From IMG/VR virus record IMGVR_UViG_3300003311_000002, positions 1-42,279 of that record: a stretch of 42,279 nucleotides of DNA; one strand, given 5' to 3'. Shown here one piece after another: positions 1 to 7,925 of the stretch. Under the pieces are notes generated by a model. It was given only the letters and a program-made list of their open reading frames with translations, was not told the origin of the DNA and searched no databases. The stretch comes from a virus. Both the position numbers and the translations under genes were made by a program. How positions within the stretch are numbered: position 1 is the stretch's first letter; every line of letters begins with the position of its first letter.

Positions 1-1
1 T

Positions 2-76
2 CGGGGTGTAGCGTAGCCCGGTCATCGCGCCTGCTTTGGGAGCAGGAGGTCGCAGGTTCGAATCCTGCCACCCCGA
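2..76 (+). tRNA. tRNA-Pro (anticodon UGG)
   Basis: Cloverleaf read by eye. Acceptor cggggtg/caccccg; anticodon stem cctgc/gcagg with loop tTTGGga (UGG followed by G37); T arm gcagg-ttcgaat-cctgc; discriminator A; no encoded CCA. Confidence 0.9.
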
Positions 77-77
77 C
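63..77. repeat. attL core: 15-bp direct repeat tcctgccaccccgac (3' end of tRNA-Pro)
   Basis: Exact 15-nt match to 42138..42152. It lies at the tRNA 3' end next to the integrase gene, the classic tRNA-integrating element layout. Confidence 0.75.
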
Positions 78-120
78 AATTTTTACTTTGCGTTTGAAAA
101 TCAGTTCTTTAATTTTTGTG

Positions 121-293
121 CAGACAAAAAATATGTCTATCGAGAGGTCGAACAGACAAACCCTAAAATAATACAGTGTTAAATTTGTTTTGATACTATA
201 GGGAGATTTTTTGAAAGCAAAAATTTGTCTGGAATTGGAGTAGACAAACTTGAAGTAGAAATAAAATTTGTCTGGAGAACATCTACAGACAAA
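121..293. promoter_or_regulatory. Cluster of six CAGACAAA/TTTGTCTG motifs (candidate integrase/RDF arm-type sites, attL arm)
   Basis: Copies at 121, 153, 224 (reverse complement), 242 (tagacaaa), 267 (reverse complement) and 286. Two pairs are arranged as inverted repeats. The same motif is clustered at 41938..42094. Confidence 0.55.
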
Positions 294-344
294 ACATGAC
301 TAAGCTTTTGATGTGCATTGGGTGATGCTTTAAAAGATGTAGTC

Positions 345-1556
345 ATGAAAAGAAAAAAACTCATTAGTCTTCCACGCTTGAATGATTGCGATGGAGATAT
401 CAACGGAGATTGGTATGTAACCTATAGTTACAGACATCCAAAAACCGACAAGATGAAGCCTTTCCGGATCTACACCGGATTCAAAGAATTGAATACAAAG
501 AAGGCCAGGTATACTCATGCCGAAAAATTAATCGAAGAATGGACAGACAAATTGAAGCTTGGTTATAATCCTTTTGAGGATGATAGTACTGCCATCTATG
601 CTGATCAGCTTGCATACACGCATATTGCAAAGTTCTTCGGCAACCAAAAGAAATTGAATAAGAGCTTTAATTTTTTCGCATCAGAGTTTTTGGAAAGTAT
701 AAAGAACTCCGTGGATGCTGAAGGAACACTTCCTACCTACCGAAGCAAACTAAGAACTTTTAATGCCTGGTTACAGACAAAAAATTTACATGAAGTTGAT
801 ATTACTGCCATAGACAATAGAGTAATTCTGGATTTCTTTGAATATATGATAGACGATTTGAAGCGATCACAAATTACCATACAAAAGTACTATCAGATTT
901 TGAGTAATGTTTTTGAACCATTGGCCAAGCAGAAAAAGATCCTTGAAAATCCGGTGTATGATATCCCTAAATGTACACGTATAAATGACAACACTCCACG
1001 ACCATTTAGTAAGGAAGATATTGAAATATTCAAACCAGTTCTACAAGAAGATCCTCAGCTTTGGTTATCGATACAATTCGAATATTATTGTGCTTTGCGA
1101 CCAGGAAAAGAAATTCGATTACTTCAAATTAAGGATATTGATTTTGCTCGAGGAACGGTTAATGTGTCGCGATTTAGAGCAAAAACCAACCTGCAGAGGA
1201 TTGTTACTATACCAAGACAGTTATTAAAAGAGCTACGCCATGATTACAAGCTGATGAATTATCCAGGTGAATATTATGTGATAGGGAATAAGCGTGAACC
1301 AGGACCGGATCCATACAGCAAAAATATAATGGCCAATCGATTTAGGGCTGTTCGAAAAAGATTAGGAATGCCTACAGAATACAAGTTCTATGGATTTAAA
1401 CATACCGGAAATGTGCGTGCTTCCGATTCAGGAATACCAATGAGACACATACAAGATCAGAACGGACATACATCCATATCAACCACTGAGACATATTTGA
1501 AAAACAGGGGAGGTAAATTCTCTAAAGAAATCAGTGAAAACTTTCCTGACTTATAA
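345..1556 (+). CDS. int: Tyrosine site-specific recombinase (phage integrase)
   Basis: The C-terminal HTGNVR...GHTSISTTETYL stretch fits the tyrosine recombinase catalytic region. Adjacent to tRNA/attL. ATG at 345 preferred over the TTG at 318 in the ORF track. Confidence 0.85.
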   Translation: MKRKKLISLPRLNDCDGDINGDWYVTYSYRHPKTDKMKPFRIYTGFKELNTKKARYTHAEKLIEEWTDKLKLGYNPFEDDSTAIYADQLAYTHIAKFFGNQKKLNKSFNFFASEFLESIKNSVDAEGTLPTYRSKLRTFNAWLQTKNLHEVDITAIDNRVILDFFEYMIDDLKRSQITIQKYYQILSNVFEPLAKQKKILENPVYDIPKCTRINDNTPRPFSKEDIEIFKPVLQEDPQLWLSIQFEYYCALRPGKEIRLLQIKDIDFARGTVNVSRFRAKTNLQRIVTIPRQLLKELRHDYKLMNYPGEYYVIGNKREPGPDPYSKNIMANRFRAVRKRLGMPTEYKFYGFKHTGNVRASDSGIPMRHIQDQNGHTSISTTETYLKNRGGKFSKEISENFPDL

Positions 1557-1560
1557 AAGC

Positions 1561-1596
1561 AAAAAACGCAAAGCATCACCGGCTTTGCGTTTTTTG
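1561..1596. terminator. Bidirectional intrinsic terminator between convergent int and lysis genes
   Basis: aaaaaacgcaaagc / gctttgcgtttttt stem with an A-run upstream and a T-run downstream. Confidence 0.7.
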
Positions 1597-1624
1597 ATTC
1601 TTTTCCTCCGAATGGTAGGATAGA

Positions 1625-2233
1625 CTATTTCCTAAAATTTCCATCGTTCAACCTGTGCAGGAACTTTGCAGTTCTCCGATCACCAAACCACCAGGTGACA
1701 GTTGTTACAGTTAGGTATATAATAATATCAACCACACGATTGAATAAACCCAAAGCTTCAGCATTGGTTAAAACTTCATCGTAATAGCTAAGTATTGTAT
1801 AAGCTTTGAACGTGATCCACGATGTAAGAATGATCAGGTAGGTTGTTAGTCCCGGACGAACAGCAGATTTCAAAACCTGAATAAATCCCAACAAAGTAAC
1901 CAGGATAACACCGAATGCTGTTGTCCATGGAGAATCAAACAGTTTTGATATTAGATCATCTGAAACAACTTTAGTGCCGGCTTGCTTCACCGTTTCGGCA
2001 AAGATTTCGCTTTCGGCTTTTTGCAATTCGCCTTGTACTTGGGTTTCGGTGATTTTAATATTTGCATTTGTTTCGGCGATCATTGATTTGGTTTCAGCTT
2101 CAATTTTGGCAATCTCATGCTGATTCTTCAGCTTTTGAGTTTTGAAATTTACTACTGAAGTAACAATGGATCCCACTAAGCCGGTTACCACTCCACCAGT
2201 TCCTGCATTAAATAGATCAGATAAAATACTCAT
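1625..2233 (-). CDS. Multi-pass membrane protein, holin-like (lysis cassette)
   Basis: Gly-rich hydrophobic N-terminus, central coiled region and about 3 C-terminal hydrophobic helices. Last gene of the late array; ATGA overlap with the upstream gene. Confidence 0.5.
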   Translation of the reverse strand: MSILSDLFNAGTGGVVTGLVGSIVTSVVNFKTQKLKNQHEIAKIEAETKSMIAETNANIKITETQVQGELQKAESEIFAETVKQAGTKVVSDDLISKLFDSPWTTAFGVILVTLLGFIQVLKSAVRPGLTTYLIILTSWITFKAYTILSYYDEVLTNAEALGLFNRVVDIIIYLTVTTVTWWFGDRRTAKFLHRLNDGNFRK

Positions 2234-2646
2234 GATATAAAAAGTTTAAAAGTTTCCTGATTCATCAGATTAAAGAACTCACGCACTTTGATGCGAGAAT
2301 TTAACACAGCTCTTTGGCCATTGAGATATCCCAATGATTTGCCCAGGAGCAAGCATCCTTGCGAATGGGTTTTATATCCTTTCTTGATATCACCGGCATA
2401 ATTCCCGGAATGAACTAAGATCCACGAACGGCCATCAACATTGGTTATGTGATAGTGCCATTTGTATTTTCGGGACCAACGAATTTGAACTGTGTATTCG
2501 CCTGGAGGAATACATGATAAACTTGGAGTGTTATCACGCCAAGGCAGCTCCATGCAAAAACAGGAATAACCAAACTCCGGACACGCCCAAATCCCAATCG
2601 TACCCTGATCGGTTGACTCGAATCTATTTAGGTAGACTGTTCGCAT
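2230..2646 (-). CDS. Candidate endolysin with a YkuD-like (L,D-transpeptidase-type) H..G...S-x-GC motif
   Basis: LVHSGN...THSQGCLLLG resembles the His/Cys catalytic signature. Position in the lysis cassette. Internal ATG at 2646 chosen, since the upstream part overlaps the neighbouring ORF. Confidence 0.45.
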   Translation of the reverse strand: MRTVYLNRFESTDQGTIGIWACPEFGYSCFCMELPWRDNTPSLSCIPPGEYTVQIRWSRKYKWHYHITNVDGRSWILVHSGNYAGDIKKGYKTHSQGCLLLGKSLGYLNGQRAVLNSRIKVREFFNLMNQETFKLFIS

Positions 2647-2818
2647 TTGCTTTCTTCTTTGCCAATTTTCGTTGAATGCCTGCATAGATAGATTTACCCA
2701 AGCTTGCCATAAATCCACCGATTAAAGCGATTACTGCGGATAAGATTACATTCTCCCATGTTTCCCATGTTGCTATTGAGAGGATTACACCAGTTAGAGG
2801 TTCAAGAGCTTTCTTCAT
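2624..2818 (-). CDS. Small membrane protein (holin/spanin-like)
   Basis: 64 aa from the ATG at 2818, with two hydrophobic segments and a Lys-rich tail. First gene after a late-promoter-like element. Confidence 0.5.
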   Translation of the reverse strand: MKKALEPLTGVILSIATWETWENVILSAVIALIGGFMASLGKSIYAGIQRKLAKKKANANSLPK

Positions 2819-2832
2819 GCTGTTTTTATTTA

Positions 2833-2870
2833 TAAAAATACCCCACCGGTGATGGTGGGGAAAGGACAAT
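2833..2870 (-). promoter_or_regulatory. Late-promoter-like element ATTGTCCTTT-N20-TATTTTTA
   Basis: - strand reads ATTGTCCTTT CCCCACCATCACCGGTGGGG TATTTTTA, 14 nt upstream of the ATG at 2818. The spacer itself forms a ccccacc/ggtgggg hairpin. Confidence 0.5.
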
Positions 2871-2884
2871 AATATCAGGTAGAA

Positions 2885-3211
2885 TTACTTTGCTTCAAAC
2901 AACTGTTCTAAAATTTTATACTTGATAAAATTTGAATAGGGAGAATTTTCCAGGATAAAGGTTTTGAAAACCTCTGCTTCCTGATTTGTGAATGTTACCA
3001 GTGCATTCTTGTGGATAGACTCCGCTTTCGGCATGATGTCGAAATCAGGACTGAACAGGTAAAGCTTGTTGCCTAAATCTTTGTGAAGCGGCTTTTTAAG
3101 CTGTTTCTCAACCTTCTCACGGTAACAATTACCTTCCAGATCCTTCAGCTCTACTTTGGTAATATCAAAAGAAAAAGTTTTTTCTTTCTTGGTAGATTCC
3201 TTTTTTGCCAT
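2885..3211 (-). CDS. Hypothetical protein (108 aa)
   Basis: ATG-initiated ORF in the co-directional array. Its start overlaps the stop of the upstream ORF. Confidence 0.6.
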   Translation of the reverse strand: MAKKESTKKEKTFSFDITKVELKDLEGNCYREKVEKQLKKPLHKDLGNKLYLFSPDFDIMPKAESIHKNALVTFTNQEAEVFKTFILENSPYSNFIKYKILEQLFEAK

Positions 3212-3501
3212 TACGCTTCAGGGTTTAAAGATGAAACAATAGTAACAACAGCAGCTTCGATACCTGTTACCAATGGACCATACTGCTCATTTGGAATATT
3301 GAATGCCTGGATTCTATTCCACTTTGCAGTTTCCACATTGTAAGTGGCCGTAATGGTTTCGGTGTTGTTGTCTTTTATCCTTTGAGAATTCACCTCAATG
3401 GTTTCAGGTTTTTCACCTTCCTTGTGTTCAAAGGTGAATTTCACATCTACTCCGTTAATCGTTTTGATACCTTCGGTTTTAATTAAATTCGTGTATTCCA
3501 T
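3211..3501 (-). CDS. Hypothetical protein (96 aa)
   Basis: ATG-initiated ORF preceded by a late-promoter-like element. Confidence 0.6.
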   Translation of the reverse strand: MEYTNLIKTEGIKTINGVDVKFTFEHKEGEKPETIEVNSQRIKDNNTETITATYNVETAKWNRIQAFNIPNEQYGPLVTGIEAAVVTIVSSLNPEA

Positions 3502-3524
3502 TTTCGAAAATTTTGATTACAGCT

Positions 3525-3562
3525 TAAAACTATCTTATTGCCATATCCGGAGAAAGGACAAT
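3525..3562 (-). promoter_or_regulatory. Late-promoter-like element ATTGTCCTTT-N20-TAGTTTTA
   Basis: - strand reads ATTGTCCTTT CTCCGGATATGGCAATAAGA TAGTTTTA, 23 nt upstream of the ATG at 3501. Confidence 0.55.
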
Positions 3563-3564
3563 TA

Positions 3565-4086
3565 CTAAAGCGGTTCACCACCACTTTCAACCAAGAACGA
3601 AACACTATCCAGTAACACGTTTTTGAACAGGTGCTGAAACTCATAGACACTTGCATCATCATGGAAACCATTAATGAAGATTGTTCCGGTCTTCAGTACA
3701 CTGTAAAAAGCTTCGACAGTTAGATAACTTGAATGGAGTGAAGTCCAACTTCCTCCATTAATGCGATAGCGAACAAGGAATTGTCCATAGTTGTCAACAT
3801 TAACACCAGTAGCTGTGGCCGACCACTCATACATTCCTGTCTCTCCCAATTGGCCCACTGGATTGGTTAGCGTAAGATCTCCATCTTCAACCGTAGATCT
3901 GTAGCTATGATCGTAACCGAAAAATGAATCAGAATCGTATGGAACAACTTTATCAACCTGAACCGGTGATTGTGAATTGTTACAACGCCCGGGCAATTCT
4001 CCCAGATCTTTCTTTCCAGTTACAGTCCAGTTGACTTCCTGAGCTACCTGATCAGTACTTATTTTTCCACTAGTAGGTAATGCCAT
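3565..4086 (-). CDS. Hypothetical tail-fibre-associated protein (173 aa)
   Basis: Overlaps the 3' end of the tail fibre gene by 17 nt. Function assigned by position only. Confidence 0.6.
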   Translation of the reverse strand: MALPTSGKISTDQVAQEVNWTVTGKKDLGELPGRCNNSQSPVQVDKVVPYDSDSFFGYDHSYRSTVEDGDLTLTNPVGQLGETGMYEWSATATGVNVDNYGQFLVRYRINGGSWTSLHSSYLTVEAFYSVLKTGTIFINGFHDDASVYEFQHLFKNVLLDSVSFLVESGGEPL

Positions 4087-7000
4087 GCTTTTTCAGTTTA
4101 GATTTTAAATACTCCACTTCCTTTTTAAGTAGGGTTATCCTGGTATCATTTTGCAGAATACCGGCAGTGTTCTGAGCAATCATTTCAATGGTATTGATTC
4201 TCAATTTGCCATCCTTACGCTTGCTTACAAATTCCGGGAATACTTCTTGAATTTCCTGAGCGATAAAACCTCTATGCAAAATCTGTTCACCTTCCTTGTA
4301 ATAGAATGTCACCGGGCGTGTTTTACGAAGAGCTTTCAATGGATTGCCAATCGTTTTAATCCTTTTCTTCAACCTCTTATCGGAAGGTGTACCCCAGTGA
4401 ATGGCTCCATCTACATCAAGATCACCATAAACCTCTAGATTGACAGGATCAGGCAATGCATCTGTACCTACTCTTACTTTCTTTTGCTTACCCCAACATG
4501 CTAAGAGAGGATATTGAGCTCGGCCATCGTAAACGTAAAAATCTCGATATCGGGTTGTGTCTCCATTGTAACCATACCAATTAACAGATAAAGGCCTACT
4601 ATCGTCATCCCCATCCGTTCGATACAAATGCGCTCCATCGATTACAATATTACCGGCTCCCAATGTTTGTGAGTTACTGATAAACTTTCCGGATAATGTA
4701 ACATTGTTCCCCACTGCATTATCAAAGTTGATTTGTGCAGCAGTTAATTGATCAATGATATTTGCGGCTTTAACTTTTAAGGATTCGGCAATTACTGTTG
4801 TTGTTGCTATAACATTCTGAGAAATGGAAGTAACATTGGTATCAACATCATTTAAAGAGGGAGTCCAAGCTGTTGCTTTGTCTCCAATTTCAATTTTTAC
4901 GTTATTGATTTTAAAACCTTCATCGTTTAGTCCCAATCCAACTTTAGCAAACATGATACTGATATCTTCAGTAACAGGTGATATAAATGAAAAGGCATAC
5001 CTTTTATATTGGGTTGTACTCCCATCAATAAGAACTCCCGGTAGACTAACATTTCCAGAAGACTTCATTATATACATGTAATTTAAAGAAGAAGTACTAT
5101 ACATCGAGGCAGCATCGAAAGACACCATATATTTTACACCTTGCTTTGCCGCAAACCTTGGTGTTATTGCCCCGAAACCATTAGTGTATCCATACTTAAC
5201 TATTCTACGACCTTTATCTGCAGGTTCTGAAATAGTAGGACTACCCCATGTGCCCCATCCAGTAAAACCGTCAGAGAAATTTGAATTATCTAAAAGATTC
5301 TCTCCTCCAACTACGAGAGCATCAACCTTTGCTTGCGCTCCGGAAGTTGTTTCCACATTCTCAGTACCGATTACCTTCTCCCACGAGATCACAGCATTTT
5401 CACCCATTAAAATTTCATCGCCAACTTTCAATCCTAAAGTTGCAATGTATGGAGCTTTGATTTCGCGGTGAGTGATTGTAACGGCATCTGCTTCGGTAAT
5501 CTTCAAATCAGCCAAATTGTAAGCACTATCAGCTTTTGATTGTGCAGTACTGGCCACGGCAGTGGCAGCAGCTTCGGCAGCATCGGCTTTGTCTTGTGCT
5601 CCTGTTTGAGTCTCGGCATTACCACCAGTAACATGAATTTCACCAGATACACGAACATTCTCGAAGTAACCAAAATCTTTCACATACAAGCCTTTTTCCA
5701 TGTCACCAAAAACAGGCGAATGCATGTTCAGATACCCCAACTGAGCAATGATATTATTAAAGGTAGTATTGTGGTCATTCACACCTCCCAGTACTCGAAC
5801 AAAACCATTCAGACCATCAACAAACACAGAGGTTTGTCTGTCTGTATTGGTTTCATTTCCTTTTCTGGCCAACTGCATAAACTTGCGTGGAGATATTCCA
5901 TTTCGGGAATTCACAACAACCTGGTTGTTTTCCAGATCAACGGATACAACATCCAAATAACATGTTTGAAATCCAGTATCATGGTTGAATATCCCAATCA
6001 GTATATCATCCACTTCGAAGCTCACACCATCACCTTCTTCAATTTTCAGCGTTAGTGTGTATGGTCCTGTACCGGAAACATCTTGAATCAGTCCCGGATC
6101 AGTGAACCAAAATTGATTCCCGGCAACTCGCACCTGGTTCTTTATTAATTCCGGTGTGCGCAAAAATTCTCTAAGATCAAGAGATTTCATTTCGCCATGG
6201 CCAGACTGATTGATCTTAGCACCAACGCCACCAATAATACCAGGAGCAAAAGCAGAGGTAACAAAATTACGATGAACAATTGCATCGTACATTGTCCAAG
6301 TCTTTGTGGAAATATCAGAATTGTATTTGTTCCAATAATCGGCTGCGGCTATTCCTCCCAAATGATCAGAGTTGTTTGCCAAGTCTGCAAAACCGGCTTT
6401 TATTTTATCAGCTCCAACTTTCAGATAAAGCGAATCGTTTATCAATTCTTGCTTAGTCCAGTAGTTGACCGCTTCAAGATTGCCCAGGCGGTCAGCATTG
6501 GCCACCCAAACTTCACCATTATTCGACTCCAGATAATTACCATCTAAAGCAAGCGTATCGAGAAAAGCTTTATTGGCATGTTCGTGAAGATCTTCAACCA
6601 AAGCATAAGCAGACAAATCAACATGACTGCCTACTTCATCACCGGAAACAAATCCCATTGCAGCAACTTCGGAAAGAATGTTCGTGCGAATTGCTCCGTA
6701 ATTTGTCACTCCCCATTTCTCAGTAAAAGGAACCTGAACAGGAATCAACAATTGGCTGTTCAGGATTGCACTTGGAAACTCGCTAAGTCTGGGAGCTAAA
6801 AAAAAAAGTTCGGAGTCAGGATCTACGATTTGAACTTCGGTTGGTAACTCGTTTGCCCTGGATAAATTCAGGTATTTGGTTTGCCGAGAAAGAGCAAATT
6901 CAAAGTCATAATTATAGGTAGTGATATCACCCTGTACCGATTTGGCTTTTGGCTTACTAACAGTAATGGATTGATAACCGGTATCAGCGCAATAGTATCT

Positions 7001-7870
7001 TTTCAGAGAGTTGAAAAACTCCTGAGTCCAAACTTTATATCGATCATCAGGAAAGTAACCGGTATTCTTTTTAAAGTACTTCTCAAAATCCACATCGTAA
7101 TCCATGGTATCTTCATCGAACAAGGCCGACTCAATTTCAAAATCATTGATATCTTCCTTTTTCCCGGTGAAGCGGAAAGTGTCCAATCCTCCAAGAGAAT
7201 TATCAACTACGAATAAATCCTCATGTTCGAAATAGTCATTGAACAGCACGAAACGCTGAACAAATGCAAGCTGAGTGCCTACAGTATCCTCATTCCAAAT
7301 ATCGAAATATACAGGCTGCCCGGTAAACTTCCCGGATAGATATCCGAAGTTCATATTTAATGAATAAGTTTTCCCTGCAGGGAGAGAAGCGAGAGTAATT
7401 GTTTCCGGATCTTTATCCTTGAAATAAGCCTTCACCTTTACTACTGCGGTAACAACTGCATGATAGGATAACCATTCAGGATCGTTGAACTTTACGTTCT
7501 TTTGCTGTGGTTGCCAGGTAAGCCAATTGCCTTTCAAAAATACTTCCGGATCTGCATCAGCATCAACACCACCAAAAACCACTTTAGTAGGAACAGCAGT
7601 ACCTTCAACAATAAAATTGTAATTCTTAACAGCGTTGGTTTGCTCAAAAACGTCGGATGTGGGCAATTGCAGGGAAAGCAGCGATGGCAACAAGTCACGC
7701 AACCTGATGGTTATTTTATTATTCGCATCAGGTTGGTAAGTTTCTTCCAGAATGGTACTTCCTCCAACTTCCTGTATTTCGAAATTTATTTCAGTTGAAG
7801 AATCTACAATGATGTCTTTAATATTTCCTGACATTGCAATGCTGCTAGGCTTTGAAATTATTGTTGCCAT
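4070..7870 (-). CDS. Tail fibre / receptor-binding protein with C-terminal S74 intramolecular chaperone domain
   Basis: C-terminal SDKRLKK..I...PVTFYY...HRGFIAQEIQEVFPEFV fits the peptidase S74 auto-processing domain. A CBM-like segment (GENLLDNSNFSDGFTGW...) lies upstream of it. ATG at 7870 (track start 7876 is TTG). Confidence 0.8.
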   Translation of the reverse strand: MATIISKPSSIAMSGNIKDIIVDSSTEINFEIQEVGGSTILEETYQPDANNKITIRLRDLLPSLLSLQLPTSDVFEQTNAVKNYNFIVEGTAVPTKVVFGGVDADADPEVFLKGNWLTWQPQQKNVKFNDPEWLSYHAVVTAVVKVKAYFKDKDPETITLASLPAGKTYSLNMNFGYLSGKFTGQPVYFDIWNEDTVGTQLAFVQRFVLFNDYFEHEDLFVVDNSLGGLDTFRFTGKKEDINDFEIESALFDEDTMDYDVDFEKYFKKNTGYFPDDRYKVWTQEFFNSLKRYYCADTGYQSITVSKPKAKSVQGDITTYNYDFEFALSRQTKYLNLSRANELPTEVQIVDPDSELFFLAPRLSEFPSAILNSQLLIPVQVPFTEKWGVTNYGAIRTNILSEVAAMGFVSGDEVGSHVDLSAYALVEDLHEHANKAFLDTLALDGNYLESNNGEVWVANADRLGNLEAVNYWTKQELINDSLYLKVGADKIKAGFADLANNSDHLGGIAAADYWNKYNSDISTKTWTMYDAIVHRNFVTSAFAPGIIGGVGAKINQSGHGEMKSLDLREFLRTPELIKNQVRVAGNQFWFTDPGLIQDVSGTGPYTLTLKIEEGDGVSFEVDDILIGIFNHDTGFQTCYLDVVSVDLENNQVVVNSRNGISPRKFMQLARKGNETNTDRQTSVFVDGLNGFVRVLGGVNDHNTTFNNIIAQLGYLNMHSPVFGDMEKGLYVKDFGYFENVRVSGEIHVTGGNAETQTGAQDKADAAEAAATAVASTAQSKADSAYNLADLKITEADAVTITHREIKAPYIATLGLKVGDEILMGENAVISWEKVIGTENVETTSGAQAKVDALVVGGENLLDNSNFSDGFTGWGTWGSPTISEPADKGRRIVKYGYTNGFGAITPRFAAKQGVKYMVSFDAASMYSTSSLNYMYIMKSSGNVSLPGVLIDGSTTQYKRYAFSFISPVTEDISIMFAKVGLGLNDEGFKINNVKIEIGDKATAWTPSLNDVDTNVTSISQNVIATTTVIAESLKVKAANIIDQLTAAQINFDNAVGNNVTLSGKFISNSQTLGAGNIVIDGAHLYRTDGDDDSRPLSVNWYGYNGDTTRYRDFYVYDGRAQYPLLACWGKQKKVRVGTDALPDPVNLEVYGDLDVDGAIHWGTPSDKRLKKRIKTIGNPLKALRKTRPVTFYYKEGEQILHRGFIAQEIQEVFPEFVSKRKDGKLRINTIEMIAQNTAGILQNDTRITLLKKEVEYLKSKLKKHGITY

Positions 7871-7887
7871 ACTCAAATTGTTTTATT

Positions 7888-7925
7888 CAAATCTACAGTT
7901 GAAACACAGGTGAAGAAAGGACAAT
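7888..7925 (-). promoter_or_regulatory. Late-promoter-like element ATTGTCCTTT-N20-TAGATTTG
   Basis: - strand reads ATTGTCCTTT CTTCACCTGTGTTTCAACTG TAGATTTG, 17 nt upstream of the tail fibre ATG. Confidence 0.6.

Noticed and set aside
179-518. - strand ORFs 179..403 and 330..518 as a possible excisionase next to int
   Set aside because: They overlap the arm-site repeats and the integrase 5' end, and show no HTH-like or basic character. No excisionase could be assigned anywhere in the window.
2841-2860. ccccacc/ggtgggg hairpin as a simple terminator after the 108-aa gene
   Set aside because: It lies exactly in the 20-nt spacer of a TGTCCTTT-N20-TAnnTTT element. It may still act as a terminator, but I did not call it as a separate feature because the two readings cannot be told apart from sequence alone.
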